Assembly: GCA_016219875.1 (NCBI GenBank)
Contig: JACRJZ010000169.1
Location: 369-64,368 of the forward strand
Origin: Verrucomicrobiota bacterium
GTDB taxonomy: Bacteria > Verrucomicrobiota > Verrucomicrobiia > Limisphaerales > JACRJZ01
Direction: 5' to 3'
DNA length: 64,000 bases
The notes under the pieces were generated by a model. The model saw nothing but the letters and a program-made list of their open reading frames with translations, was not told the DNA's origin and made no database searches. Of the stretch, positions 1-10,863 are shown piece by piece. Each line of letters begins with the position of its first letter. Position 1 is the first letter of the stretch. A program made the position numbers and the translations under genes.

Positions 1-39
1 CGGCGCTGGCAGCGGCCCAACGCCACGGACCAGGGAGGA

Positions 40-150
40 GACGGAACCAAGAGCTTCCTGCAAAACTGTAGCCGCCGACGTGAGGAGGCTCTGTCTTCAT
101 TGAAGTTTGAGCCTCCTCACGTCGGCTGCTACGGGGTTCTGCAATTGCCT
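40..150. repeat. REP-like palindromic element, short form, copy 1
   Basis: 24-bp arms GTAGCCGCCGACGTGAGGAGGCTC (68-91) and GAGCCTCCTCACGTCGGCTGCTAC (109-132) flank a 17-nt loop. Conserved flanks are TGCAAAACT and GGGGTTCTGCAATTGCCTC. Near-identical units occur at ~4705-4812 and ~17935-18045. Confidence 0.8.
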
Positions 151-163
151 CCCAAGACGCCCT

Positions 164-415
164 TCAGCGCGTGATGCCCAGCGTTTGCTCAAATTCGGCA
201 CTGAACTTCTGCAACTCGTCGGTGATCTTCGGAGATTGCTCCAGGAGGGTACCGGTCATCTTGCGCATCTTGTCGGGGCTGAGGCGGATCAACTCGGCGG
301 CGGCGACGATGAGGGCCAAGTGGTTGTTCACATCATGCCGCATGTTCGATAGCTTGCGGTTCAGTTGGTCGATCTGCTCGACGGTCAAAGTCACAGGTGC
401 GCTGGGCAGTGCCAT
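164..415 (-). CDS. 83-aa stand-alone HisKA/DHp-like helical protein (H-box, no ATPase domain)
   Basis: LSNMRHDVNNHLALIVAAAELI resembles the AHDFNNLLtvI.G.aEL H-box of HisKA kinases. The rest is predicted helical and charged. No CA domain follows. Confidence 0.55.
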   Translation of the reverse strand: MALPSAPVTLTVEQIDQLNRKLSNMRHDVNNHLALIVAAAELIRLSPDKMRKMTGTLLEQSPKITDELQKFSAEFEQTLGITR

Positions 416-765
416 GCGGCAAAAGTGCGCGGGAGCGGCCTCGAATGCAAGCCGCTTCCAGCCCCAATCTCAAAGTCGCTTCAGGACCGGCCGTGGACCC
501 GGCCTGCGCGGCGGTGGCTTGAACCCGCCTTGTCATGCCCCCTTTAATCATCGCGGAAATCCTGGCTCGCCGTGAGGAGGGCACTCGGCCTCCAAGGCGA
601 AAGTGCAGGCCGCGTCCCTTGACCCAGTATTCACCCAGACCCGCACGTCTCTGCGATTCGCCAAGCTATCCGGCTCGTCTGCGTCGGGCGGACATGGATT
701 TTCGTGTTCCACCCAGCCGAGGACGTGCGCTAGCTTCCGCCGCAACTGAAACAGCACGCATTCGC

Positions 766-2181
766 ATGAACACATCCTGCAACGGGTGGATTGGCGCTTG
801 GGTCCTCGTGGTATCGACCGCGGCTTCCTTCGCCGGGATCAACATTGTGGCCGAGCGCAATGACGCCGCGGCGGCCACGTCCGGCTTCCGATTCAAGAAT
901 GTCCCGTCGCCGTCCCGCAACGACGCCGGCACGCCAGCGAAGTTCAGCCTCATCGATGGGCGGAGGGACTCGAACGGCGGCGACCTCGACAAACTCAGCG
1001 ACGGCCAGGTTCCCGTGGACGAAGATGAGCCGCGCGCGAATTTCTTCTTCCGTGCCGGCACGGACGGAGGACGAATCGTCGTGGATCTCGGCCGCGCCAT
1101 CGACCTCAAGCAGATCAACTCTTATTCCTGGCATCCCGGCACACGCGGCCCGCAGGTGTACGTGCTCTACGCCAGCGATGGCAAGGCCGACGGCTTCAAC
1201 GCTGGGCCAACACGCGGGACGGACCCGACGGCGTGCGGCTGGAAGCGAATTGCCCAGGTGGACACACGCCCAAAGGACGGTGAAGGCGGCGGACAGCACG
1301 GCGTGAGCGTCTCTGATTCCGCCGGCACGCTGGGCGCGTTTCGGTATCTGCTCTTCGACATCTCGCGCACCGAGGACCGGGACGGCTTTGGCAACACGTT
1401 CTACAGCGAGATCGACGTCCTCGACCGCAACGGCCCAGCGCCGGAACTGGTGACGGCGCAACCCGCCGAAGGAAGCCGGGACCTCGTCGAGGCAGAGGGC
1501 GGGAAATACCAGATCACCATCGACACCTCCGAAACACCCGATCTGACGGAGTGGACGCGCAATGAACTCACGCCCGTTGTGCGCGAATGGTATCCCAAGC
1601 TGGTCAAGATGCTGCCCAGCGAAGGATACGAGGCGCCGAAGAAGTTCAGCATCGTCTTCAGCAAGTCGATGACGGGCGTCGCCGCGACGAGCGGCACCCG
1701 CATCCGGTGCGCGGCGAGTTGGTATCGCCGGAACCTCAAAGGCGAGGCGGTCGGCTCGGTGGTGCATGAGATGGTGCATGTCGTCCAGCAGTACGGCCGG
1801 GCGCGACGAGCGGAAGGCGCCACCCGCGCGCCGGGCTGGTTGACCGAGGGCATCACGGACTACGTCCGCTTCTACCACTTCGAGCCGCAGACGCGCGGAG
1901 CGGAGATCAGCCAGCGCGGCTTGGCCCGCGCCCGCTACGACGGCAGCTACCGGGTCACGGGAAATTTTTTGAACTGGGTCACGGAGAAGTATGACCAGGA
2001 ATTGGTGACGAAGTTGAACGCCGCCATCCGCGAAGGTCGTTACAGCGGAGAGCTGTGGAAAAAGTTCACCGGCCACACCGTGCAAGAACTCGGTGACGAG
2101 TGGAAGAAAGGCCTGGAGACGAAGCTCGGTTCGCCGGCCACTGCCGATGACTCGAGCCGGCCGGTCAAGCCTTCACCGTGA
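766..2181 (+). CDS. secreted zinc metallopeptidase, basic-secretory-protein (BSP) family, with N-terminal discoidin/galactose-binding-like domain
   Basis: Start moved to internal ATG 766 ([24 protein letters not shown], signal-like). HEMVHVVQ zinc motif, followed by [10 protein letters not shown] and NWVTEKYD, which are typical of the 'peptidase of plants and bacteria' family. Confidence 0.75.
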   Translation: MNTSCNGWIGAWVLVVSTAASFAGINIVAERNDAAAATSGFRFKNVPSPSRNDAGTPAKFSLIDGRRDSNGGDLDKLSDGQVPVDEDEPRANFFFRAGTDGGRIVVDLGRAIDLKQINSYSWHPGTRGPQVYVLYASDGKADGFNAGPTRGTDPTACGWKRIAQVDTRPKDGEGGGQHGVSVSDSAGTLGAFRYLLFDISRTEDRDGFGNTFYSEIDVLDRNGPAPELVTAQPAEGSRDLVEAEGGKYQITIDTSETPDLTEWTRNELTPVVREWYPKLVKMLPSEGYEAPKKFSIVFSKSMTGVAATSGTRIRCAASWYRRNLKGEAVGSVVHEMVHVVQQYGRARRAEGATRAPGWLTEGITDYVRFYHFEPQTRGAEISQRGLARARYDGSYRVTGNFLNWVTEKYDQELVTKLNAAIREGRYSGELWKKFTGHTVQELGDEWKKGLETKLGSPATADDSSRPVKPSP

Positions 2182-4492
2182 GCGCGGTCTGGCGGTTTCC
2201 CGGCCAAGCGGCAAGGTCTTGCGAGTGCCCGTTGCCGCCTGTTCCGTGAGGGACGAGCGACGGCGCGGGTTCGGGACACGCGCCCGCTTCTTCGACCTTG
2301 AATCGCGCCAACGCCTGATTCAATTCGCCCGCCAAGCGGGCCAGTTCACAGGCGGACGCGGCGGTGCTGGAGGCCGCTTCAGTCGAACTCTTCGCCGCTT
2401 CCGACACGCTCACGATGTTCTTCGCGATCTCTGCGCTCCCGCGTGAAGCCTCGGCGGAGTTGGCCGAAATCTCGTTCATCGTCGCCGCCTGCTCTTCCAC
2501 CGAACTGGCGATGGTCGTCTGGGTTTCGTTGATCCGCTTGATGATGCCGGAAATCTCCTGGATGGCTGCCACCGCGGCCTGGGTGTCGTGCTGGATGCCG
2601 CCGATCTTGGTCCCGATCTCTTCAGTGGCCTGGGCAGTCTGCTTGGCCAGTTCCTTGACCTCGTTGGCCACCACGGCGAAGCCCTTGCCCGCTTCGCCAG
2701 CCCGGGCGGCTTCGATGGTGGCGTTGAGCGCAAGCAGATTGGTTTGCTCGGCGATGCTGGTGATGACTTTGACGACGTTTCCGATCTCGGCGCTGCTCTC
2801 GCCCAGCTTGACGATGGTGTTGTTGGTTTTGTCGGCGACGGAAACCGCCTGGCTGGCCACGCGGGCGGCGTCGCTGGCTTGTTTGGCGACTTCCTTGATG
2901 GTGGCAGTCATTTCTTCCGAAGCGGTGGCCACGGTGGCGATGTTGTGGCTGACTTGGTCGGAGGCCGAGGCGACGACGTTGGACTGGGCGGAGGTTTCTT
3001 CGGCGTTGGAAGCGACTTGAGTGCTGACGGCGCTCAGTTGGGTGGAAGCGGAGGCCACAGACTGGGCGCTGCCCGACACTTCACGGAACATCTGTTGGAG
3101 GTTGGCGCCCATTTCGTTCAGGGCTTGGGCCAGCATCCCGGTTTCGTCGGCGCGCATGACGTGAATCTTCTGCGTGAGATCGCCTTTGGCCATCGCGCGG
3201 GCGAAGGCCACGCCCTGGCGCAGAGGCAGGCTGATCTGGCGGGCCATGGTCCAGCCGACCAAGAGCGAAAGGGCGATCATCACCAGGCCGGTGCTGACCA
3301 CCCACCAGACGGCGCTGGAAAGCTGGCGGGCCGTGCGGTCCACGCCGGCCAGCAGGTTGGTGCTGGACTTGGCCACGATCGTGCAGCCGTCCAGGAAGTC
3401 GTCCTCGAAACAGCCGGCGTTGATGATCCAGTCCCACGGCTCGTAGTAGGTCAGGGCCGCCACCTTGGTGCGCGGCTTCGCGTCTCCCTGGTTGGCCCAG
3501 GGGTAACTGTCGAACACCACGGCGCCGTTGGAGGTCGTGAGCGCCTTAGCCACCATGTCCTGAATGAAAGTCCGCCCGTTGGCGTCGCGGCTGTCCCACA
3601 AGTTCTCCCCGTCCCGTTGGCCGTCTTTGGAAACGATGTACACGCCGCGCTGGGCGCCTTTCCCGCCGACGATGACCAGATTGCCACTCTTGCCGACGAC
3701 CACGCTCCTGAAGCCGTCGCTCAGTTCGCGAGCGATCTCGGTGATGTTCACTCCCACGTAGGTCATGCCGACGACCCGTTGTTGGGCCGCGTCCCAGATG
3801 GGATCGTAGCCGGCCTCGTGCCACTGCCCCACCACGAAAGCCCGACCGCGGTAGGGCTGGCCTTGCAGGACGGCGGCGAGGACGGGGTTCTCCGTGCCGT
3901 CGGGCTGGCGACGGGGAATGAAGGTGCCGATGGCGCGCGTGCCGTTGGTCTGCACGACGCTGGTGCAGACCCGCAGCATGTCGCCCTGCTCGTTCATCCG
4001 TTGGAAGATGGTGCAGAAGTCGCGGGTGTGGTGTTTGACGAAGTCCACCACGGGCGCCTCAACGTTTGTGGCGGCAATCTGGCCGAGCCAGTTCGTGCCC
4101 AGCAGCATTTTCGGCAGCGTCACCTCGGAGGTTTCCCGGGAGAACTGGTTGACGGCGCGCCACGTCACCGGCCCAGCCGCGAAGGTAAAGCCGCCGCCCT
4201 TGGAAATCTGTTCCTGCGTGATGTTCATGGCGTGCGTCATCCGCGGTTTGGTGCGCCGATCTGCGGCGGCCACCGAGAGCCAGGCGTTGCGGGCGGTCTT
4301 CTCCAACTCGGAAGACATGAGACGCCGCAGTTCTTTCTCCATGTCGGTTTGGGCCGCGCGCACCTCAGGGGCCATGCTGGCGACTTGGTGGTGCATGCGC
4401 CGCTGTTCCACCAGCAGGACGGCAATGATCACTCCCGCGGTGGCCAGGGTCAGCATCGCCCCGGCAGCCATGATCTTGGATTGGACTTTCAT
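2165..4492 (-). CDS. methyl-accepting chemotaxis protein with periplasmic Cache-type sensor and HAMP
   Basis: N-terminal TM, ~350-aa periplasmic domain (Cache_3-Cache_2-like: [39 protein letters not shown]), second TM, HAMP. Canonical MCP signalling core [35 protein letters not shown]. Confidence 0.9.
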   Translation of the reverse strand: MKVQSKIMAAGAMLTLATAGVIIAVLLVEQRRMHHQVASMAPEVRAAQTDMEKELRRLMSSELEKTARNAWLSVAAADRRTKPRMTHAMNITQEQISKGGGFTFAAGPVTWRAVNQFSRETSEVTLPKMLLGTNWLGQIAATNVEAPVVDFVKHHTRDFCTIFQRMNEQGDMLRVCTSVVQTNGTRAIGTFIPRRQPDGTENPVLAAVLQGQPYRGRAFVVGQWHEAGYDPIWDAAQQRVVGMTYVGVNITEIARELSDGFRSVVVGKSGNLVIVGGKGAQRGVYIVSKDGQRDGENLWDSRDANGRTFIQDMVAKALTTSNGAVVFDSYPWANQGDAKPRTKVAALTYYEPWDWIINAGCFEDDFLDGCTIVAKSSTNLLAGVDRTARQLSSAVWWVVSTGLVMIALSLLVGWTMARQISLPLRQGVAFARAMAKGDLTQKIHVMRADETGMLAQALNEMGANLQQMFREVSGSAQSVASASTQLSAVSTQVASNAEETSAQSNVVASASDQVSHNIATVATASEEMTATIKEVAKQASDAARVASQAVSVADKTNNTIVKLGESSAEIGNVVKVITSIAEQTNLLALNATIEAARAGEAGKGFAVVANEVKELAKQTAQATEEIGTKIGGIQHDTQAAVAAIQEISGIIKRINETQTTIASSVEEQAATMNEISANSAEASRGSAEIAKNIVSVSEAAKSSTEAASSTAASACELARLAGELNQALARFKVEEAGACPEPAPSLVPHGTGGNGHSQDLAAWPGNRQTALTVKA

Positions 4493-4704
4493 ACGTTCTG
4501 TCGTGTTCGGTCGTCGGGCGGGGTGGTGGCGGACGCGAGACCAGACCCGCCCTGATCCGGCTCGAAGGAGGCCTCACGCTTTGGTGACACAGCAGGCTTG
4601 GTGTCAAGCGTAAGAGGTCAGCTACGCTGGTATCGGAAGGTCGCCGCGGGACTTGAGTGAATTCTCGGCAACATCGTGGCGGTGTTGGTCCTGAACCAAG
4701 CCAC

Positions 4705-4812
4705 GGAAGGAGCTTCGTGCAAAACTGTAGCCGCCGACGTGAAGAGGCTCCGTTTTCATTGACGTTTGAGCCTCCTCACGTCGGCTGCTACGGGGCTTTG
4801 CAGTTGCCTCGA
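4705..4812. repeat. REP-like palindromic element, short form, copy 2
   Basis: GTAGCCGCCGACGTGAAGAGGCTC ... GAGCCTCCTCACGTCGGCTGCTAC with the same flanks as copy 1. Lies between the two MCP genes. Confidence 0.8.
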
Positions 4813-4916
4813 AGATGGCGGCAGAGTCCGCCAAACAGAAGTGGAGATTCGTGCTCGTGCCAACGACCTGGATGCGATTGCCGCGTTTGCGTTGGGCGTG
4901 TCAGGGCTCCGGACGA

Positions 4917-6623
4917 TCAGTTCGTCACCCTGACTGCGCTGCCACGGGCGACCGCCTCGGCGGGCCAACTGTGAGAACGTCCGTTGCCGCCGTTCTCAAG
5001 AGGCGCGGGCTGAGGCGCGGAGCCAGGCGGACGGACGGCCTCTTCCATGTTGAATCGGGCCAGGGCCTGGTTCAGTTCACCGGCAAACCGAGCCAGTTCG
5101 CCCGCCGCGGCCGCCGTGCTGGAAGCCGCCTGCGTGGAACTCTTCGCCGCTTCCGACACGCTCACGATGTTTTTCGCAATCTCTGTGCTCCCGCGCGAGG
5201 CCTCGGCGGAGTTGGCCGATATCTCGTTCATCGTCGCCGCCTGCTCCTCCACCGAACTGGCAATCGTCGTCTGGATTTCGTGGATCTGTTTGATGATCCC
5301 GGACACTTCCTGGATCGCGGCCACGGCCGCCTGGGTGTCGTGCTGGATGCCGCCGATCTTGGTCCCGATTTCTTCGGTGGCTTGGGCGGTTTGCTTGGCC
5401 AGTTCCTTGACCTCGTTGGCCACCACGGCGAAGCCCTTGCCCGCCTCGCCGGCGCGGGCCGCTTCGATGGTGGCGTTGAGCGCAAGCAGATTGGTTTGCT
5501 CGGCGATGCCGGTGATGACTTTGACGACGTTTCCGATCTCGGCGCTGCTCACGCCCAGCTTGACGATGGTGCTGTTGGTTTTGTCGGCGACGGAAACCGC
5601 CTGGCTGGCCACGCGGGCGGCGTCGCTGGCTTGTTGGGCGACTTCCTTGATGGTGGCCGTCATTTCTTCCGAAGCGGTGGCCACGGTGGCGATGTTCTGG
5701 CTGACCTGGTCGGCCGCGGCCGCGACCACGCTGGACTGGGCGGAAGTCTCCTCGGCGTTGGAGGACACTTGGGCGCTGACGGCGCTCAGTTGTTGCGAAG
5801 ACGAGTCCACCGATTGGGCATTGGCCGCCACCTCGCGGAACATCTGGCGCAGGTTCACCGTCATCTCGTTGAGAGCTTTGGATTGTTGGCCAATCTCGTC
5901 CGTGTGCCGGACATCGACCTTCCGTGTCAGATCGCCTTCCGCCACGGCCTTGACGATGGCCACGGATTCGCGGAGTGGCCGGACGATGCTGCGGGTGATG
6001 AAGAACGCCAGAATCCCTCCGATGATCACGGCGCCCAGCCCGATGGCGCCCAGGACCAGACGGCTGGAGCGATAAGCCAGCGCGGCCTGGCGGCCCGCGG
6101 CGTTCATCTCGGTAGTCTGCGCGGCAATAAGCCGCTTCAGTTCATCCTGGAGCGCGTGCAACTTGGGCATGGTGTCCCGGCTGAGGCTTTCCACACCTTC
6201 GGCCCGCCGCCCCGCCAGGAAGATCTCCGTCACCTTGCGGATGGACTCCTCGTAGGGCTGGCGGAGTTGCTGGACTTTGGCGAGCAGCGCCTTTTCCTCC
6301 GCCCGCTCGCAGGAGGCGGCAAGGGCCTTGAAACGGGCGTCGAGGGCGCGGCTGTTCGTCTGCACCAGGAGGACGAGCTTCTCGATTTCGTCGGCGTCGT
6401 TGACGCGGAACAAATCCAGCAGGGTGATGGTGTTCTCGCCGGACAACTCCTGGAGTTCAAAGGCGGAACAAGCGGACGGCCACAGAGACGTGACCAGGGT
6501 TTCCGTGTTGCCGTGGATTTTGGCGAGCTGCCGCCAGCCCTGGCCAAAGCCGATCAGCAGCAGGACGAGGACGACGGCGAAGCCGACACTGAGACGGGGG
6601 CCGATGTTGAGTCTGCGCAGCAT
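4917..6623 (-). CDS. methyl-accepting chemotaxis protein with 4-helix-bundle sensor and HAMP
   Basis: [25 protein letters not shown], helical periplasmic domain, HAMP. Its signalling domain is almost identical to that of the neighbouring MCP. Confidence 0.9.
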   Translation of the reverse strand: MLRRLNIGPRLSVGFAVVLVLLLIGFGQGWRQLAKIHGNTETLVTSLWPSACSAFELQELSGENTITLLDLFRVNDADEIEKLVLLVQTNSRALDARFKALAASCERAEEKALLAKVQQLRQPYEESIRKVTEIFLAGRRAEGVESLSRDTMPKLHALQDELKRLIAAQTTEMNAAGRQAALAYRSSRLVLGAIGLGAVIIGGILAFFITRSIVRPLRESVAIVKAVAEGDLTRKVDVRHTDEIGQQSKALNEMTVNLRQMFREVAANAQSVDSSSQQLSAVSAQVSSNAEETSAQSSVVAAAADQVSQNIATVATASEEMTATIKEVAQQASDAARVASQAVSVADKTNSTIVKLGVSSAEIGNVVKVITGIAEQTNLLALNATIEAARAGEAGKGFAVVANEVKELAKQTAQATEEIGTKIGGIQHDTQAAVAAIQEVSGIIKQIHEIQTTIASSVEEQAATMNEISANSAEASRGSTEIAKNIVSVSEAAKSSTQAASSTAAAAGELARFAGELNQALARFNMEEAVRPPGSAPQPAPLENGGNGRSHSWPAEAVARGSAVRVTN

Positions 6624-6756
6624 AGATTTGACTCCGATTGCCGGCCTTCCCGGCGGCGAAACGGCCCTCCGTGTGGTTTCGAGTTTCGCGCCTGGAGTGC
6701 CGGAGACATGGGTGGCAATGGATTGCGGGTAAGAAAAAGGAGAACAGATCAGGACA

Positions 6757-7323
6757 CTACTGGCTGAGCTTGGCGACGCTCAGCCCCACCACGAGCGAGC
6801 CGATCGCCTTGTCGCCATCGAGGACCGGGACCGACACCTGGACCGTTTGCAGGCCGGTGCTTTCGTCCATCTCGACTTGCCCCTGCCAGGTCTTGCCGGT
6901 CATCGGCACGTCGTGTTTGGGCTTGCCCTTGTGGCTCCAACCGCTGGTCTTGCTGAGGAAGCCGACCTTGAGGCCGTTGGCGTCGGAGACGAAGGCTTCC
7001 GCCAGCACCTCGGACTTTTTCTTCTTCAGGAATTCGCCCACGGGATTTTTCGAGAAGCCGCGCACGAACGGGTCCAGGACGGAGAGCGTCTTCCATTTGT
7101 CCTGGTTCATGGCGGCGTAGTCGGGCGGCAACGCGGTGTTTTGGGCTTTGACGGCGCTCACGAGCGCTGGATCGGCGGCCCAGGTTTGAATGTCTTTGAC
7201 GATCCCGTCCACTTTGGCTTGGGTGGGCGCGGCCAAAGAATCGGCGCCGACGGAGGTGGACGGCAACGACGCCAGGGCCAGCAGGCCAAGGGCGACGGTC
7301 AGGGTGGAGACGGTCAGTTTCAT
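6757..7323 (-). CDS. secreted/periplasmic PDC (Cache-like) single-domain protein
   Basis: Start moved to ATG 7323 ([21 protein letters not shown] signal peptide). C-terminal beta-rich segment [23 protein letters not shown] is typical of PDC sensor folds. Confidence 0.6.
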   Translation of the reverse strand: MKLTVSTLTVALGLLALASLPSTSVGADSLAAPTQAKVDGIVKDIQTWAADPALVSAVKAQNTALPPDYAAMNQDKWKTLSVLDPFVRGFSKNPVGEFLKKKKSEVLAEAFVSDANGLKVGFLSKTSGWSHKGKPKHDVPMTGKTWQGQVEMDESTGLQTVQVSVPVLDGDKAIGSLVVGLSVAKLSQ

Positions 7324-7361
7324 GCGCTCTTTGTCAGGTGGGGAGTTTCTGTTTCGGAGGT

Positions 7362-8783
7362 TTAGAAATTGATCGTGGCCTGGACGTAGAACCAGTCCGC
7401 GCCAGTGGCGCCGCCGACGCCGGCTTTGGAACTGTCCACGTAGCCGCCGGTGAAGAAATGCCCGTAGCCCGCGCGCAAGCCCGCCCACGGCGTCACGGCG
7501 TAGTTCACGTCGAGATCCAGCTCGGAGCCGACGAAGCTGTCGAACGCCGGGTTCTTGCCGTAGCCGTTGCTGCTGCGCCCGGAGCCGCTCTGCGGATAGA
7601 AGGAATCGTGCGTGTCCGCCAGCCAGAAGAGGTGGTAGTCCAAGCCCACCGTGAGCTTCTTGTGCGGCTTGGCCGAGAGGCTCAGGCGCGGATTGTGGAT
7701 GTTGCGCCAGCCGATGAAATCCATCAGCCCGTAATGCTTGTGGTTGGTCGGGAAAAGATTGTCCAGGACCTGGCTCTTGCCGTCGTTCTTGTCGCTGTCG
7801 CCGCTGGAATAGTTGTACTCCACGCCCACGCGCGGCGAGGCAAAGACCTCGGCCCAGGTGAACCCGCCGCCCACGCTGGCGGCGAAGGCTTCCTGGTCCA
7901 GCCGCTTACCGCTTTGCACAATGCTGCCGAACTGGCCCAGCACTTCCGCGGCGTAGTCCCAGCCCTTGAGTTTGCCGGGCAGCGATTTCACCCGCGCGCC
8001 CACCGTGTAAATGTCCCGCGCCGCGGTCGAGCCGCCGGCGGCGACGTTGCGCGACAGCACGTAGAACTGCGATTCCTGGATCGGCACGAGCGTCTTGGAC
8101 GAAGCGTACACGCCCGAGAACCAGTCCCGGTGGTCGGGGTCGTTGAACTTCTTGTCGTTCGGCACCACGATGCGGCCCGCGAACGCGTCCACCCAGAACT
8201 GCTTGTTCTCGAAACGCACCTTGGCCGTGTCGAAGACCCGCCCGGTGTTGCCCCAGTCCGACGCGCCGATCAGCCGGTCGTCGCCGTACATCATCTCCTG
8301 CCGCCCGACCTTGAGCGACAGCGGAAACTCTTTGGGATTGCCCAGCGTGACGTAGGCTTGGTGCAGATCGAAACTGTCTTCGCCCAGGTTCTTGGGATCG
8401 TTGTCGCCGATCGAATTGCTGTTCCGCCCTTCCGCGTAGGCGCCGAACCACGACGAGGTGTAGCCGAGGTGCAGTTTCTCCCGCAGCCACAGATAGCTGT
8501 TGTCGTTGGCCGCACCGGTCCGCTGGAAGTCGCGGTTGGGAAAGGCTGGGCTGCCGTTCTCAAACAGCTCGTAGCGGGCGCGGAACTGGCCGCCGATATC
8601 CCATGCCGCCCACGCGGCAGACTGTTGGCGCAGCCAGTCGTTCACCAGGCCGGCGCTGGGCGGGGCCTTGGCGGCGGGCTTGGTGGCAGGGGCAGACTTT
8701 GTTGCTGGAGCCTGTTGGGCATAGACACTTGACGTGATGGCCAGGACGAGGGCACCGGCAGCGGTGGTGGACAGATTGCTCAT
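7362..8783 (-). CDS. outer-membrane beta-barrel porin, alginate-export (AlgE-like) family
   Basis: Signal peptide ending VYAQQAP, FRARYELFENG and LWLREKLHLGY motifs, alternating beta-strand pattern, C-terminal aromatic residue (..TINF). Confidence 0.75.
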   Translation of the reverse strand: MSNLSTTAAGALVLAITSSVYAQQAPATKSAPATKPAAKAPPSAGLVNDWLRQQSAAWAAWDIGGQFRARYELFENGSPAFPNRDFQRTGAANDNSYLWLREKLHLGYTSSWFGAYAEGRNSNSIGDNDPKNLGEDSFDLHQAYVTLGNPKEFPLSLKVGRQEMMYGDDRLIGASDWGNTGRVFDTAKVRFENKQFWVDAFAGRIVVPNDKKFNDPDHRDWFSGVYASSKTLVPIQESQFYVLSRNVAAGGSTAARDIYTVGARVKSLPGKLKGWDYAAEVLGQFGSIVQSGKRLDQEAFAASVGGGFTWAEVFASPRVGVEYNYSSGDSDKNDGKSQVLDNLFPTNHKHYGLMDFIGWRNIHNPRLSLSAKPHKKLTVGLDYHLFWLADTHDSFYPQSGSGRSSNGYGKNPAFDSFVGSELDLDVNYAVTPWAGLRAGYGHFFTGGYVDSSKAGVGGATGADWFYVQATINF

Positions 8784-8867
8784 ACGAATGCTTTCTGGTT
8801 TAGCTAAGAGCCTATCGGCGACGACCGGGATGGCTTTAGTGACTTTTGGGCAAATTCAGGAGCGGGC

Positions 8868-8898
8868 CGTAGCGGCGGGCCTCCGGCCCGCCGCTACG
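8868..8898. repeat. GC-rich hairpin repeat (CGTAGCGGCGGGC-CTCCG-GCCCGCCGCTACG)
   Basis: Perfect 13-bp stem with a 5-nt loop in the divergent porin/ispD intergenic region. A degenerate copy lies at ~37484-37512. Confidence 0.7.
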
Positions 8899-8981
8899 TT
8901 CAACACTTCCGATCACCTCACCAGCAAGCCGGCTCCGTTTCGCCTCTTGGAATTGGCGGCACCGGGACTAGACTCACGGCC

Positions 8982-9686
8982 ATGAATTCAGCCGTCATCG
9001 TTTCCGCGGGCAAAGGCACTCGGATGGGGGCCAACACCGCCAAGCTGTTTTTGGAAATCGCCCGACGTCCGGTCATCGCGCACACCTGGCAGCAGTTTGA
9101 ACGTGCTGCGTGCATCGGCGAAATCATCCTCGTGGTGCGGGCGGGCCTGCAATCGACCTTCGCGGAACTGGCGGCCAAGTACGGCTTCAAGAAACCGTTC
9201 CGCATCGTGGCGGGTGGCGCCGAACGGCAAGACTCGGTCTGGAACGGACTGCGGGCGCTCTCTCCCCAATCTGAGCTGGTCGCGATCCACGACGGGGCGC
9301 GCCCGCTGGTCACGGTGGAGGTGATCCAGGACACGCTGGAAGGGGCGTGGGAAACGGGGGCAGCCGTAGCGGCGCAGCGCGTGACCGACACGATCAAGGA
9401 GTCCGAGGATGGGCAGTCCATTTCCCGGCATCTCGACCGCCAGCGTCTCTGGGCCGTGCAAACACCCCAGGCCTTTCAGGTCGAGATCATCCGCCGCGCC
9501 ATTGCCGCGGCCCGAGCGAAGGGCCTGTCCCTGACCGACGACACGGCAGCTTGCGAGTTGATCGGGCAGCCGGTGCGCTTGGTCAACTGCCCGACGCCGA
9601 ATCCGAAAGTGACCGTGCCGGCGGACCTGCCCTACGTCGAAAAACTGCTGCAGGCGGGGAAAGCTCCGTTAAAGGTTGCACGTTGA
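8982..9686 (+). CDS. ispD: 2-C-methyl-D-erythritol 4-phosphate cytidylyltransferase
   Basis: AVIVSAGKGTRMG P-loop-like motif, VAIHDGARPLV, VQTPQAF. Length 234 aa. Confidence 0.9.
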   Translation: MNSAVIVSAGKGTRMGANTAKLFLEIARRPVIAHTWQQFERAACIGEIILVVRAGLQSTFAELAAKYGFKKPFRIVAGGAERQDSVWNGLRALSPQSELVAIHDGARPLVTVEVIQDTLEGAWETGAAVAAQRVTDTIKESEDGQSISRHLDRQRLWAVQTPQAFQVEIIRRAIAAARAKGLSLTDDTAACELIGQPVRLVNCPTPNPKVTVPADLPYVEKLLQAGKAPLKVAR

Positions 9687-9735
9687 AAGTTGCAGGTTGG
9701 CCCGACGCTTCTTTGGCCAACCTGCAACTTTCAAC
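9682..9735. terminator. long hairpin shared by convergent ispD and lpxA
   Basis: 21-bp perfect stem GTTGAAAGTTGCAGGTTGGCC / GGCCAACCTGCAACTTTCAAC with a 12-nt loop. It overlaps the ispD stop codon (9684-9686). There is no clear U-tract, so intrinsic-terminator function is uncertain. Confidence 0.5.
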
Positions 9736-9795
9736 TTTCAACCTGTAACGGGTTCCACCGCCACGGCACTGGCAAGTCCCGATTCCGTCCCGGCG

Positions 9796-10587
9796 TCAGT
9801 TCTCTTCGTCGCCGCCGCCGCCCTTGTCGATGCAGACGCCGCGTTTGGAGGAGGCCAGGAAGTCCAGCATGACGCGCGCGGCGTCGCTGCGGAAATCGCG
9901 TTGGGCCAGACTGAGCGCGAGACGGAAGTTGCGGCCGCTGCGGAAGAGCGCGTGGTAGAGCTTCTTGAGTTCCAGGCGTTGCTCGGAGGTGTAGCCGGCC
10001 CGGCGCAGGCCGAGGGTGTTCAGCCCGCACACGCCGTTGTCGCCGCGGGCAATGGTGAAGGGCGGGAGGTCCTTGCTGATGGCCGAGCCGCCCTGCATCA
10101 ACGCCAGGGTGCCGACGCGCACGAACTGGTGGACCAGGCAGTTGCCGGAGATGAAGACGCGGTCCTGGACGACGACGTGTCCGGCCAGCAACGCGCCGTT
10201 GGCCAGGATGATGTTGTTGCCGAACTGGACGTTGTGGCCCACGTGGCTGTGCGCCATGAGGAAGTTGTTGGAGCCGATGACGGTGTCCTCCTCCAGTTTG
10301 TTGGAGCAATGCACCGTGACGTGTTCGCGGAACACGTTGTGGGCGCCAATCCGCAAGCGCGTGGGCGCGTCTTTGTATTTCAAGTCCTGCGGCGGGCCGC
10401 CGATCACCGCGCCGGTGTGGAACTGGTTCCCCGTCCCTGCGACGACCACCCCGGTCAGTTGCACATAAGGTCCCACCACGCAGTCGGCGCCGAGGGTCAC
10501 ACCCTCGTCAATCACGGCATACGGCCCCACGCGCACGCTGGGGTCGAGTTGGGCTTTCGGATGAATGATGGCCGTCGGATGAATCAT
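9796..10587 (-). CDS. lpxA: acyl-ACP--UDP-N-acetylglucosamine O-acyltransferase
   Basis: Start moved to ATG 10587 (MIHPTAIIHPKAQL). Left-handed beta-helix hexapeptide repeats and the LpxA-type helical C-terminus (RRAGYTSEQRLELKKLYHALF). Confidence 0.9.
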   Translation of the reverse strand: MIHPTAIIHPKAQLDPSVRVGPYAVIDEGVTLGADCVVGPYVQLTGVVVAGTGNQFHTGAVIGGPPQDLKYKDAPTRLRIGAHNVFREHVTVHCSNKLEEDTVIGSNNFLMAHSHVGHNVQFGNNIILANGALLAGHVVVQDRVFISGNCLVHQFVRVGTLALMQGGSAISKDLPPFTIARGDNGVCGLNTLGLRRAGYTSEQRLELKKLYHALFRSGRNFRLALSLAQRDFRSDAARVMLDFLASSKRGVCIDKGGGGDEEN

Positions 10588-10863
10588 GTCGCGCCCGTTC
10601 TCTAGCGGAAACGGCGGGGCTTGAAAACGGAAAAGCTTGGGGTCTGGCAGCCCGCGCATCTTGACTCTCCCGCCGTAGGGGCGCTGGCGACTTCGCCTGT
10701 GATAGTTGGGCGGGCGACTCGTCCGTCGTGCGGCCCGACAACCGAGTCGGTGGCCGGGACTTTGGCAGCCGGGTCGGCCGTCCTACGACTTGGCGGCGGT
10801 GTCAAGATGCGCCCTTGTCCTGCGACACATCCAAATCTTCCCAAGGCGCGTGTGGTCTCGTGG

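Noticed and set aside
535-765. N-terminal extensions of many track ORFs: 535-765, 7324-7488, 10588-10659, 12916-13197, 33958-34116, 36126-36212, 41820-42071, 53762-53809, 54829-55089, 58954-59688, 54179-54844.
   Set aside because: The extensions are Arg/Pro-rich, overlap neighbouring genes or repeats, and precede an internal ATG or GTG. That internal start is followed by a signal peptide or the canonical family N-terminus, so the shorter models are preferred.
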